A stretch of 64,000 bases of DNA, taken from an uncultured Candidatus Saccharibacteria bacterium. GTDB taxonomy: Bacteria > Patescibacteriota > UBA1384 > JAMDBS01 > DAOVQR01. The notes beneath the pieces are model-generated. The model had not been told where the DNA came from and did not search any database. It saw only the letters and a list, made by a program, of their open reading frames with translations. Below, in pieces: positions 1 to 9,576 of this stretch. The position numbers were made by a program, and so were the translations under genes. The stretch lies in contig CAYZSW010000002.1 of NCBI GenBank assembly GCA_964481135.1, positions 29,283 through 93,282 on the forward strand, in the 5' to 3' direction. Positions within the stretch are counted from its first letter, which is position 1; every line of letters starts with the position of its first letter.

Positions 1-900
1 CACCATTTTACCATCGAATTTTTTGTTTAATGTTGTCTTAAAACTACTTTCATTCCCAAACTTGTCTTTTTCTTTAACAACGACCAAACCACTATCTAAA
101 AACATGCTTGTTATATCAATAGCGTCCTGAAGATAACCTCCAGGGTTGTTTCTTAAATCAAGTATTATTTTATTAATACCATTATCTTGAAATTTTTTCA
201 ATGCTTCTTTGGTTAAAGTAAGAGTATCGTCTCCAAATTGATTGATTTCTATATATCCTATTGAATCTTTTATTTCGTATTTAACACTTTTTACTATTAT
301 CGTATCTCTTTTAATTTCAAAATCTTTTGTATCTTCCCATCCACTTCTAAAAACAGTTAATTTGACTTTTGTACCCTTTTTGCCTCTTATTTTATCAATA
401 GCTTCATAAAAACCCATGTCTTTTGTTTCTTCGTTGTCAATTTTTAATATAATATCCTGCGCTTTTAAACCAGCTTTTTCTGCAGGTGATTCAGGAAGAG
501 GAGCTACTACGACTACAAGACCATCTTTAGATTCAATTTGTGCTCCTATTCCGTCAAAAGAGCCGTTCATATCATCTAAAAATCTTTTTGATTCGCTTGG
601 ATCCATAAATAAACTGTATGGATCATCTAAAGAATTTATCGCACCAGAAATTGCACCATACAACATTTTTTGATCATCAGTTTTCCCGTAATACTTCTCT
701 TTTACTACATCCCAGGCATTCCAAAACATCGAAAAATCAACATCCTCGGGCTTACCTAAATTCATATTCAAAATTTTTGGTTTATAACCTTCTTCAAAAA
801 CTAAGTTCCTGTGTCCTACTAAATAACCAATAAAATAAATTATTAGTATTGCAACAATAATTCCAGTAATTCTAAAAAATTTTTTATATTCTTTTTTCAT
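1..900 (-). CDS. C-terminal processing (tail-specific) peptidase, S41 family; N-terminal ~300 aa only (gene runs off window start)
   Basis: Own translation of the minus strand from ATG (complement of 898-900): MKKEYKKFFRITGIIVAILIIYF (signal anchor) ... PDZ-like GIGAQIESKDGLVVVVAPLPESPAEKAGLKAQDIILKIDNEE ... S41 motif ILDLRNNPGGYLQDAID. Absent from the ORF track because there is no stop in the window. Start overlaps the mnmA stop (ATGA). Confidence 0.8.
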   Translation of the reverse strand, partial: MKKEYKKFFRITGIIVAILIIYFIGYLVGHRNLVFEEGYKPKILNMNLGKPEDVDFSMFWNAWDVVKEKYYGKTDDQKMLYGAISGAINSLDDPYSLFMDPSESKRFLDDMNGSFDGIGAQIESKDGLVVVVAPLPESPAEKAGLKAQDIILKIDNEETKDMGFYEAIDKIRGKKGTKVKLTVFRSGWEDTKDFEIKRDTIIVKSVKYEIKDSIGYIEINQFGDDTLTLTKEALKKFQDNGINKIILDLRNNPGGYLQDAIDITSMFLDSGLVVVKEKDKFGNESSFKTTLNKKFDGKMV

Positions 901-2150
901 TTAATTATCGCCCCTCCAATCAATTGACTTTTATTGTAAAAAACAACCGATTGGCCAGAAGTAATTGCACGAACTGGCTTATTAAATTCAATTTTAATAT
1001 TTTTATATTGTTCTTTTGTTTTATCAAAATTTGATAATTCAATTATTTTACATTTTTCTTTTTTATGAGAATATCTAATTTTTGCATCAATAACTAATCC
1101 CGGTTTAGGTGGTTGAGAAATAATCCAGTTTAATTTTTCAGCTACTAGCGTTTTTGAGCATAAATCTTTTTCCTCACCAATAACTAGCTGATTTTTTCTT
1201 ACATTTAATTTTACCACAAAAACTTTTTTTATACTATCTTTATCAAATCTTAAATCTGAAATCTTAAATCTTAAATCTCCTCCCAGATTCTTTCTTTGAC
1301 CAATTGTATAATAACACAATCCTTTGTGTCTACCAATAATGTTTCCTGCCAAGTCAATAATATCGCCAGGCTGATTTAATTTTTTTACATAGCTAGATAA
1401 AAAATCTGAAATAGATTTACCAACAAAACAAATATCCTGTGATTCTTTTTTCTGATAGGTTGGTAAATGATTTTTTTTAGCAATTTTTCTTACTTCTTCC
1501 TTTGTATAATCTCCTAATGGAAAAAGAATCTTTGATAGTTGCTGCAAACTCAATTGCCATAAAAAATATGTTTGATCTTTGTTTTTGTCTTTTGCTTTAA
1601 ATAAATTCGCTATTTGCTTTTCGCTATTTGCTTTTTGGCTTTTAATATTTGAAATTTGAGTTTTGAGATTTGAGTTTTGAGTTTTTAGCTCGCACGCTAT
1701 GCGTGCATAGTGACCAGTAGCAATTTTATCGCATCCCATTTTTTTTGCTTTATCAATTAACCATCCAAACTTTATCTTTTTATTACATAATACACACGGA
1801 TTTGGAGTTCTCCCACTTTCATATTCAGAAATAAAATAATCTACAACTTCTTTTTTAAACTCTTTTTTCACATCAAAAACAAAAAAAGGAATATCAAGTT
1901 TATCACAAACCGCCCGAGCACTTTCCAATGCCTCTAGATTGCAACAAGTGTTTTCAGAAATGTGTTGATTTGTGTTCTGTTTTGTATGTTCTTGTGTAGA
2001 ACTCCAAAACTTCAAAAATACTCCTACTGGAGCATAACCCTGCTGTTTTAATAATAATGCTGCCACCGAAGAATCAACTCCCCCACTCAAGGCAACCAAA
2101 ACTTTCATTTTATTCTTTGAAATTTGACGAGAAGTTTTATTATTTAACAT
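897..2150 (-). CDS. mnmA: tRNA-specific 2-thiouridylase MnmA, with a ~35-aa low-complexity insertion
   Basis: PP-loop VLVALSGGVDSSVAA, conserved ATGHYARI, C-terminal MnmA domain. 417 aa versus ~365 typical; the extra KTQNSNLKTQISNIKSQKANSEKQIANLFKAKDKNKDQ is encoded by the tandem mini-repeat at 1609-1695. Confidence 0.9.
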   Translation of the reverse strand: MLNNKTSRQISKNKMKVLVALSGGVDSSVAALLLKQQGYAPVGVFLKFWSSTQEHTKQNTNQHISENTCCNLEALESARAVCDKLDIPFFVFDVKKEFKKEVVDYFISEYESGRTPNPCVLCNKKIKFGWLIDKAKKMGCDKIATGHYARIACELKTQNSNLKTQISNIKSQKANSEKQIANLFKAKDKNKDQTYFLWQLSLQQLSKILFPLGDYTKEEVRKIAKKNHLPTYQKKESQDICFVGKSISDFLSSYVKKLNQPGDIIDLAGNIIGRHKGLCYYTIGQRKNLGGDLRFKISDLRFDKDSIKKVFVVKLNVRKNQLVIGEEKDLCSKTLVAEKLNWIISQPPKPGLVIDAKIRYSHKKEKCKIIELSNFDKTKEQYKNIKIEFNKPVRAITSGQSVVFYNKSQLIGGAIIK

Positions 2151-2730
2151 ACTGATTAATAATTTCCATGACTTTTTTCTTGGTTTGTATTTTTGTTAAA
2201 TCGGTTGTATCAAGCAACTTAACATTTTTATATTTACTAAAACATTTTATTGTTCTTTCTCTAATAAAATCCCACTCTTTGTCTTTATAAGAAGTCATTT
2301 TTCCAGATCTCTTAAAAAGCCTATCAACTAATTGCTTAGATTTGCAATTCATAATAATAAATAAATCATTATTTGTAATTGGATTTTTTTTAGACAATTT
2401 TTTTGTCCAGTTTTTTATAATATCCCTCTTTTTCTTATTAATTTTTCCAACTTTATATAAAATATCTGCAAAAATAAATTCTTCTTCTAAATGTCTTTCA
2501 AAAATGGATATTTGGTTATTATTTTTATTAAGAGTATCTCTATCGGAATAATAAAGAGCAAAAAGCATAGAGCGAGTAAATCCGTCTTCTTTGACTTCAT
2601 CTGTTAAATTATCCCAAAAATCTTCTCTGACAATTTTTAATTTAGGATCTTTAATTGATTCAATAAATGTAGTTTTACCACTACAAACATCACCAATTAA
2701 ATAAATTCTTTTTATTTTTCCTTTTTGCAT
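2140..2730 (-). CDS. P-loop deoxynucleoside kinase-like protein
   Basis: Walker A IYLIGDVCSGKTTF, then FERHLEEEFIF (ERS-like) and a KRSGK lid-like segment; about 196 aa, as in the dNK/dGK family. Confidence 0.5.
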   Translation of the reverse strand: MQKGKIKRIYLIGDVCSGKTTFIESIKDPKLKIVREDFWDNLTDEVKEDGFTRSMLFALYYSDRDTLNKNNNQISIFERHLEEEFIFADILYKVGKINKKKRDIIKNWTKKLSKKNPITNNDLFIIMNCKSKQLVDRLFKRSGKMTSYKDKEWDFIRERTIKCFSKYKNVKLLDTTDLTKIQTKKKVMEIINQYVK

Positions 2731-3197
2731 TTTTTGATTTCCATTTTCGTAGCTTTACCACTTTTATCTAAATAATTTGAAACCGCAGCTTTTATACCCT
2801 GTTCTGCTAAAAGCGAACAATGATGTTTTAATGGTGGGAGTCCACCTAGAGTTTTTACCACATCTTTATTTGTTAAATTCATTGCATCTTTTATACTTTT
2901 TCCTTTTGCAAGTTCAGTAATGACACTTGAAGTTGCAATCGCTGCCGCACAACCCAATGTTTGAACTTTAATATCTTTAATATATTCTTCGAATTCAGCT
3001 TTTGGCTTTTGGCTTTTCGCTTTTTGCTTACCTACCTTAATGTAGACCTTCATTACATCTCCACATTTTGGATTTCCAACAGTACCAACTCCATCAGCAT
3101 TCTTAATCTTACCGATATTTTTTGGATTTTGAAAATGTTTTATTAATTTATCACTATATGTATCAAATTGATCAACCATATTGTTCCTTAGTAACAT
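2712..3197 (-). CDS. iscU: Fe-S cluster assembly scaffold IscU/NifU-like
   Basis: GNPKCGD, GCAAAIATSS, HCSLLAE motifs. An internal KQKAKSQKPKAEFEE segment is encoded by the repeat at 2999-3030. Confidence 0.85.
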   Translation of the reverse strand: MLLRNNMVDQFDTYSDKLIKHFQNPKNIGKIKNADGVGTVGNPKCGDVMKVYIKVGKQKAKSQKPKAEFEEYIKDIKVQTLGCAAAIATSSVITELAKGKSIKDAMNLTNKDVVKTLGGLPPLKHHCSLLAEQGIKAAVSNYLDKSGKATKMEIKKCKKEK

Positions 3198-3212
3198 GAA
3201 TTTAGTAACAAG

Positions 3213-3569
3213 TTATTTAATAGATTTAATAAAACCATTAAGTAATTTTGCCACTTCAATTCTTAGATTATTTATTATTTCGTGTTCCTTATTATTTATA
3301 TATTTTAATTGCTTAGATAAATCTAAATAATATTCAACTTCAGTTAAAGATCCCCTAGCATTATATAAAAATCTAATTTTGTCTTTAGTAGTTCTTCGAG
3401 CCCACCCTTCTACAATATTAGCTACAACTGATACTGATGCTCTTCTAATTTGAGAGACTAATCCAAATAATTCTAATTTTGGATATTTTTTAGTAATTTT
3501 ATAAATATTAATAACTAATTGATTAGCTTTTTGGTATACATTTAATTTTTTATACCCAATATTTTCCAT
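3213..3569 (-). CDS. four-helix-bundle protein (23S rRNA intervening-sequence protein family)
   Basis: 118 aa. LNVYQKANQLVINIYKITKKYPK...GLVSQIRRASVSVVANIVEGWAR...FLYNARGSLTEVEYYL matches the family signature. Confidence 0.7.
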   Translation of the reverse strand: MENIGYKKLNVYQKANQLVINIYKITKKYPKLELFGLVSQIRRASVSVVANIVEGWARRTTKDKIRFLYNARGSLTEVEYYLDLSKQLKYINNKEHEIINNLRIEVAKLLNGFIKSIK

Positions 3570-3605
3570 AATGTTACTAATTACTTGTTACTAGTTTACT
3601 TGTTA

Positions 3606-4790
3606 CTAACTAAATGGACTCATTTCTCTTAATCTTTTTACAATCTTTTTTAATGTTTTAATTGTATAATCAATATCTTTTTTTGTAGTCACCTCTCCAA
3701 TAGTAAACCTAATTGATCCATGTGCATCTTCGTGCTTTAAACCTAGTGAAAGCAACACATGAGATGGTTCTAAACTTCCAGAAGTACAAGCAGATCCCGA
3801 ACTTGCAGCAATTCCCGCCATATCAAGGTGAAGTAGTATTGCTTCTCCTTCAATATATTTAAAACTAATATTAATATTGTTAGGACTTCTTAATTTTGCA
3901 TCACCATTAAGTCGAGTATCAGGAATTTCTTTTAAAATCCTATCTATAAAATAATCCCGAAGCTTCGCTAGCTGATGGCTGATAGCTGACGGCTGATAGC
4001 TTAATAGTTCTATGGCTTTAGCCATCCCAACTATTCCCGAGGTATTATATGTCCCACCCCGTAAATTATGCTCTTGTGCTCCGCCAATATTTTGATGATG
4101 TAACTTTACACCTTTTTTAACAAATAACGCGCCAATTCCTTTTGGTCCACCAAATTTATGAGCAGACAAACTCATCATATCAACACCGAGTTTTTTCACA
4201 TCACCATCAAAATATTCAATTGCCTGCACTGCATCGGTATGAAAATACAGCTTTTTGCCTTTAGCTTTTAGCTTTTGGACTAATTTGCCAATTTCTTTAA
4301 TTGGTTGAACTGTGCCGATTTCATTATTAACATACATCATTGATATTAAAACTGTATTTTTTCTAATTGCATCACTGACACTTTTAACATTTATGACACC
4401 TTTAATGCTTGGCTTTAGATAAGTAACTTCTACCAAACCTTTTTTTTCTAAATCACGGCAAACATCAATTACTGCATGATGTTCAAAAGCACTGGTTATA
4501 ATATGTGGTTTAAAATTTTTGTATGTGTAGTAAATCTCCTCAATCAAACCTCTTATTGCTAAATTATCACTTTCTGTTCCTCCTGATGTAAAAATTATTT
4601 CTTCCGGCTTACAATTTAAAAATTTAGCAATAGATCTTCGTGATTCTTCAATTGCTTTTTTTGCATCTCTTCCAAACTTATGAATACTAGATGCATTTCC
4701 AAATTCTTGCGAAAAATAAGGCATCATTGCCTTTAAAACTTCTTTTTTTACTGGGCTTGTAGCCGCATAATCTAAATATATATTTTTCAT
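3606..4790 (-). CDS. iscS: cysteine desulfurase IscS/NifS (class V aminotransferase)
   Basis: IYLDYAATSP, NASSIHKFG, SAHKFGGPKG (PLP-Lys), C-terminal SSGSACTSG. I place the start at the ATG at 4788-4790 with SD AAGGA 5 nt upstream. The ORF-track start at 4847 is a TTG that would read through the intergenic repeat 4803-4830. In-frame repeat-derived insert at 3967-4010 (LLSYQPSAISHQLAKL). Confidence 0.9.
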   Translation of the reverse strand: MKNIYLDYAATSPVKKEVLKAMMPYFSQEFGNASSIHKFGRDAKKAIEESRRSIAKFLNCKPEEIIFTSGGTESDNLAIRGLIEEIYYTYKNFKPHIITSAFEHHAVIDVCRDLEKKGLVEVTYLKPSIKGVINVKSVSDAIRKNTVLISMMYVNNEIGTVQPIKEIGKLVQKLKAKGKKLYFHTDAVQAIEYFDGDVKKLGVDMMSLSAHKFGGPKGIGALFVKKGVKLHHQNIGGAQEHNLRGGTYNTSGIVGMAKAIELLSYQPSAISHQLAKLRDYFIDRILKEIPDTRLNGDAKLRSPNNINISFKYIEGEAILLHLDMAGIAASSGSACTSGSLEPSHVLLSLGLKHEDAHGSIRFTIGEVTTKKDIDYTIKTLKKIVKRLREMSPFS

Positions 4791-4843
4791 AAAATCCTTA
4801 ATTTCGAAATTCGAATATCGAAACTCGAAACAATTTTCTAAAT

Positions 4844-5107
4844 TCAAATTTTCAAATTTTTGTCATTAGAATTTGTTTCGGATTTCGGATTTCGTGCTTC
4901 TGATTTAAGTTCAGCCACAAGCTGTTTGACGCATCCCCTACACTCTCCTGTTAAGCATTCATATTCGTCTGGTGAAATAACAACTGCAACAGGTTTTGAA
5001 TAACGCATTACATGGTATGTCTGCCCTTTTTCTACATCTTTAATAATTTTCGAAACATCTGATTGCAACTTATTAACAGTTACTGTTTTTTGATTTGTCT
5101 TTTTCAT
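4844..5107 (-). CDS. Phd/YefM-family antitoxin-like small protein (orphan; C-terminal tail repeat-derived)
   Basis: VTVNKLQSDVSKIIKDVEKGQTYHVMRYSKPVAVVISPDEYECL resembles the Phd/YefM fold signature. The C-terminal SEARNPKSETN is encoded by the TTCGGATTTCGGATTTCG repeat. No adjacent toxin gene. Confidence 0.45.
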   Translation of the reverse strand: MKKTNQKTVTVNKLQSDVSKIIKDVEKGQTYHVMRYSKPVAVVISPDEYECLTGECRGCVKQLVAELKSEARNPKSETNSNDKNLKI

Positions 5108-5213
5108 ATATATCTTTCTGTTACATGTTACTAATTACTTATTACTATGTATAAGTAATATAACATCTTATATAATATTAGTCAATAAATATTTAATTAT
5201 TAGCACCTTAAGC

Positions 5214-6359
5214 TTAAAGTTTTAAGCTTCTTTTATAATTATCCAAATAAAGCCAAACTAATGCACCATAACGAATAAAAACTAAAGTTTGCAGATACAC
5301 TGGATTCGCTTTTAAGAAAAAAATAAATAAAACTATAAACAAATTTGGTATCTCAAGTAAATAAAAAGCTCTTTTATCTATTTTATTAAATGAAAGTGCC
5401 AAAAAAGGAAGTAAATATAAATTATACTGTGGTGAATAAATTCTATCCGTAAGCAAAAAAATTAAAATTACGGCTAAGCATAAATAAATCAAATCTGCTT
5501 TTTTAAGTTTTATGTATGTAAAAATATATAATCCCGCAAATAAAATCAAACTAAACCAACCTGCAAAACTACCCAAATATTTATAAAATATCCACCAATA
5601 AGTTCCTGCCGTTGGATCTTTTGACAAATTACTGCCAATTTGCCAAGTATAAGGAAAAATCCAATTATTAAAATTTTGAAGTATATATGGCAAATTCAAT
5701 AAAACTACTATTACAATAAAAAGAAGTCCTAATTTAACCCAATTCTTTCTTGGTGATTTTAAAATAAAAATTGGTAATAAAAATACTGGAAATACTTTCA
5801 TTACAGTTCCAAGTGCCAACGCAGAAATTGCCCAATAGTATTTTTGTCTATAAAATAAATAAACTGCTAAAACTATTAGAAACACAACAGGTAAATCATA
5901 ATTCAAAAACGAATAAAATATAAAACTTGGCGCCAAAATCCAAAAAAACCAGATACTCAAAACTCGATATTTGATATTCGATATTTGAATATAATTTTTC
6001 GAAGCTCGAGGCTCGAAGCTCGAAGCTCGATTAACAATCTTCCAAAGTAAATATGTAATCCCAACTGCGCATAAGGTTAAAATTATTGCATTAACTGTAA
6101 AATATTGGGTATAGCTTAAATACTTATCAAACCTAAAAACTTCATAAAAAAATCTAAGTCCTGCGGGATATTCAGGAGGATAAACCAATCCTTTTCCCAA
6201 ATAATTAATCCAAAAATTCCAAAGATCACCTGGATATGTAGTAAAATTATTATAAAACCACATATAAACCTGTTCCTGATATCGAATCAAATACCCAGGA
6301 ATAAGTGCAACCATAGTACCTAAAATTAATAAAAATAAATTTTTATTTTGTTTTGTCAT
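5214..6359 (-). CDS. polytopic membrane protein (possible GT-C-like glycosyltransferase / DUF-type), with a repeat-derived insert
   Basis: More than 10 predicted TM helices, W/F/Y-rich. Function not recognisable. The repeat at 5955-6030 is in frame. Confidence 0.5.
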   Translation of the reverse strand: MTKQNKNLFLLILGTMVALIPGYLIRYQEQVYMWFYNNFTTYPGDLWNFWINYLGKGLVYPPEYPAGLRFFYEVFRFDKYLSYTQYFTVNAIILTLCAVGITYLLWKIVNRASSFEPRASKNYIQISNIKYRVLSIWFFWILAPSFIFYSFLNYDLPVVFLIVLAVYLFYRQKYYWAISALALGTVMKVFPVFLLPIFILKSPRKNWVKLGLLFIVIVVLLNLPYILQNFNNWIFPYTWQIGSNLSKDPTAGTYWWIFYKYLGSFAGWFSLILFAGLYIFTYIKLKKADLIYLCLAVILIFLLTDRIYSPQYNLYLLPFLALSFNKIDKRAFYLLEIPNLFIVLFIFFLKANPVYLQTLVFIRYGALVWLYLDNYKRSLKL

Positions 6360-7285
6360 ATATTGAACAATTTTTTACAATTATCTGTAGTTATTTTTTC
6401 CACTTCCCCTACATCAACGCCTTTAATCTCTGCTATTTTTTGAGCAATAATTGGAATACACGCTGGTTCATTTCTTTTTCCACGATATGGGTCAGGAGCC
6501 AGAAACGGACAATCTGTTTCAAGTACAATATTTTTTAATGGAATTTTTTTAATAATATTTTGCAATTCATTCGAATTCTTAAAAGTTACAATTCCATTTA
6601 CCCCAATATAAAATCCCATTTTAATAAATTCTTTTGCTTGAGCTAAATTCCCAACAAAACAATGAGCAACACCTCGAAAATCAGATTTAAGATTTAAATT
6701 GTAAGATTTAAGTATTTGAAGCATTTCATCATATCCACCATATTGATCATCTTCACTTCCTCGGCAATGAAGTACTAATGGTAAATTATTCTCTATCGCA
6801 AGATCAATATGCTCTTTGAATACTCTCTTCTGAATCTCTTTCTCTGTCATCTCGAACTTGTCGAAAGATTTACGAGATCCTTCGACTCGCTTTGCTCGCT
6901 CAGGATGACAACGAGTCAAATGAAAATAATCAAGCCCCGTTTCTCCTACTCCTACAACCACATCTTTATTCTCGTCAATCAGCTTTTGATATTTATCTTT
7001 ATTAAACTCTTCTTTTTTTGTTGTAAATTTATATTCTTTTCCATCAAATTTTGCGCTTTCAGTTATATCTTGCATTAAATGTATGGGATGACATCCAACC
7101 ACCGCAAATAAATTAGCTTTTAGCTTTTGGCTATTAGCTATTTGAATCGTTTTTAATGAGGTCTTGTAATTACTCCCAACATTAACTATCTTTTTTACTC
7201 CAGCATTAAAAGAACGTTCTAAAACGTTCTTGATATCATTTTCGTATTCTTTAAAATTCAAATGTGCGTGAGAGTCAATATACAT
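6356..7285 (-). CDS. tatD: TatD-family metal-dependent DNase/hydrolase (elongated by insertions)
   Basis: MYIDSHAHLNF start, HCF/GEIGLD-like motifs, C-terminal ETDCPFLAP. 309 aa versus ~260 typical. The repeat at 7124-7150 is in frame. Confidence 0.85.
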   Translation of the reverse strand: MYIDSHAHLNFKEYENDIKNVLERSFNAGVKKIVNVGSNYKTSLKTIQIANSQKLKANLFAVVGCHPIHLMQDITESAKFDGKEYKFTTKKEEFNKDKYQKLIDENKDVVVGVGETGLDYFHLTRCHPERAKRVEGSRKSFDKFEMTEKEIQKRVFKEHIDLAIENNLPLVLHCRGSEDDQYGGYDEMLQILKSYNLNLKSDFRGVAHCFVGNLAQAKEFIKMGFYIGVNGIVTFKNSNELQNIIKKIPLKNIVLETDCPFLAPDPYRGKRNEPACIPIIAQKIAEIKGVDVGEVEKITTDNCKKLFNI

Positions 7286-7317
7286 AAGTTTATAGTTTTA
7301 AGATTAAAGTTATAAGT

Positions 7318-7676
7318 TATTTTTTATTATTAATTAAAGCTTTTTCTAATCCGTATAGCATTCTTGAACATTCTTTATATTCATTAACAAAATATTCTAA
7401 TTTTTCTTTTGTTAAATATTTTTTCTTATATACTATTCTAAGATGATGAATAGTTTCTCTAATTTATCCTTGTGAACGGCTAATACATTCAGTATAAATA
7501 TTTGTATGTTTATTGCCAAATCCTTCGGCTACATTTGCCGGTGCAGAATTGGACGATCTTCTTAATTGCGACCCCAATTCATATAATTCAAATTGAGGAA
7601 AGATTAATGTTAACTCATGAACTTCTAAAGTAATTTTAAATAACCTTTTATATACTTTTAAATCTTCTATTTACAT
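7318..7676 (-). pseudogene. four-helix-bundle (23S-IVS family) paralog interrupted by two in-frame TAA codons
   Basis: Own translation of the minus strand: M*IEDLKVYKRLFKITLEVHELTLIFPQFELYELGSQLRRSSNSAPANVAEGFGNKHTNIYTECISRSQG*IRETIHHLRIVYKKKYLTKEKLEYFVNEYKECSRMLYGLEKALINNKK*. Same family as 3213..3569. TAA is otherwise a real stop in this genome. Confidence 0.45.
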
Positions 7677-7709
7677 TTTTATCTTCTCCGAGTCTTTAAT
7701 CTTACAACT

Positions 7710-9161
7710 TTAATCTTTAATCTTAATAAATAAAGGACGGACTTTTCTTAGCTTTGTTTTTGAAAATTCTTTATCAATTATATCAGCTGTTTTTGGCATA
7801 ATTGGTTTTAAAAAAAATGCAATCTGTCGGATACAAACAACTAAATCCTTTAAAATTATTTCTAGCTTTTTTGGATCGGTCTTAGCAATTTCCCAAGGTT
7901 TTGTTTTTTCAACATAAGAATTAGCAGAATTAACAATCTGAAAAATATTTTTTATTGCCCTATCAAATTTATAATTTTCAATTTCTTTCCAAATAACACC
8001 TGGTTTAATTTGTAGACATTTTTCTAAAACTTCCTGCTTTTCTTGAACTTGAATATCATATTTTTCACATAAATGAGAAACTCTCGAAACTAAATTACCT
8101 AAACCATTAGCTAATTCATTATTGTATTTTTCTTCCAGATCTTTAATTGATACATTTCCATCTACTCCGAAAGGAAATGCAGAAAGTAAGTAGTGTCTTA
8201 CAGCATCAGCTCCGTATTTTTCAACTAATTTATTCGGATCAATAACATTACCCAAAGATTTACTCATTTTTTGACCATTAATTGTAAAATAGCCGTGAGC
8301 AAAAATAGTTTTCGGTAAAGGCAATCCAGCACTTAATAACATTGCTGGCCAAATAACTCCGTGGAACCAAAGAATATCTTTTGCCATCAGGTGAACATCC
8401 GCCGGAAACCACTGGGTATCTTTGGGAGGGGTTTTGCTGTAAATTTGTGGTCCAGAATAATAATTTAAAAGCGCATCAAACCAAACATAAATTGTCTGTT
8501 TTTTGTCCCAAGGAACAGGAATACCCCAAGTAACTTCTTGACGAGACAAACTAACATCATCAAGTCCTTTTTTGATTTTATTATAAACCTCATTATGACG
8601 TGATTTTGGTAAAATTTGATACTCACCCTTATCAAGTGCTTTTAATAATTTTGTTTGATATTTTGAAAGTTTAAAAAAATAATTTTCTTCTTTTTGTTTA
8701 ATTGGTTTTTTATTTGGATGAAGCTTACATCTACCATTTACTAAATCTGCTTTTATCAGATATTTTTCGCATCCTACGCAGTAATATCCTGAATAAGTAT
8801 CTTTGTAGATATCACCGTTTTCGTAAATCTTTCTTAAAATATTTTTAACAAATTTAATATGTTTTTTGTTAGTAGTACGAATAAAATAATCATAATCAAT
8901 ATTTAAGTTATTCCAAGCTAATTTAAATTTAGGTATCAACTCATCACAAAATTTTTCAGGGCTTTTATTGTTCATTCCAGCAGCTTCAGCAATTTTTGCT
9001 CCATGTTCATCTGTTCCTGTTAAAAAGAAAACTCGTTTTTCATCTAGTTTAATCTTATAATAACGAGCTATAACATCAGCCGCTATTGTAGTATAAGCAT
9101 GACCAATATGCGGTTTATCGTTTACATAGTAGATAGGTGTTGTTACATAAAATTTCTTCAC
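7710..9161 (-). CDS. metG: methionyl-tRNA synthetase (short form)
   Basis: HIGH motif PHIGHAYT, KMSKS, Zn-knuckle CVGCEKY...CKLH. Confidence 0.95.
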   Translation of the reverse strand: MKKFYVTTPIYYVNDKPHIGHAYTTIAADVIARYYKIKLDEKRVFFLTGTDEHGAKIAEAAGMNNKSPEKFCDELIPKFKLAWNNLNIDYDYFIRTTNKKHIKFVKNILRKIYENGDIYKDTYSGYYCVGCEKYLIKADLVNGRCKLHPNKKPIKQKEENYFFKLSKYQTKLLKALDKGEYQILPKSRHNEVYNKIKKGLDDVSLSRQEVTWGIPVPWDKKQTIYVWFDALLNYYSGPQIYSKTPPKDTQWFPADVHLMAKDILWFHGVIWPAMLLSAGLPLPKTIFAHGYFTINGQKMSKSLGNVIDPNKLVEKYGADAVRHYLLSAFPFGVDGNVSIKDLEEKYNNELANGLGNLVSRVSHLCEKYDIQVQEKQEVLEKCLQIKPGVIWKEIENYKFDRAIKNIFQIVNSANSYVEKTKPWEIAKTDPKKLEIILKDLVVCIRQIAFFLKPIMPKTADIIDKEFSKTKLRKVRPLFIKIKD

Positions 9162-9294
9162 TACTTCTCCTAGTTTTATATCGTATCTAAGAATTAATAA
9201 CTCATAATCATAACTTTTAACTTAAATCTATAATACATAATTTTAAGTTTTTAGTTACAATTATCAGTTTTGAACTTTGAAATATTAGTTATTT

Positions 9295-9576
9295 TTAATA
9301 TTCTATCTCAAAACTTTTGTACAAATCTGCTTCTTTTTCTAATTCTATCCAACTAACATCAACATTTTCAACTTTGGATAATTCTGATCCTCTTTGACAC
9401 CATTTAATAAATTTATCTATTTCTTTCTTTTTTCCTTGAATAATAATTTTTACACTACCATCGGGCATATTTTTAACCCAACCAGTTAATCCTAGCTTAC
9501 GGGCCACTTCTCTTGTATTATATCTATAATTTACTCCTTGAACAATACCTGTTATTATTATTTCGACTTGATACAT
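9295..9576 (-). CDS. acyP: acylphosphatase
   Basis: 93 aa; VQGVNYRYNTREVARKLGLTGWVKNMPDGSV signature. Confidence 0.85.
   Translation of the reverse strand: MYQVEIIITGIVQGVNYRYNTREVARKLGLTGWVKNMPDGSVKIIIQGKKKEIDKFIKWCQRGSELSKVENVDVSWIELEKEADLYKSFEIEY

Noticed and set aside
416-833. Plus-strand ORFs 416..673 and 618..833
   Set aside because: They lie antisense within the clearly coding minus-strand S41 peptidase gene and have no coding signature.
4844-5107. Complete toxin-antitoxin module
   Set aside because: Only the Phd/YefM-like half is present. Neighbours are iscS and a polytopic membrane protein, with no Doc/YoeB/RelE-like partner.
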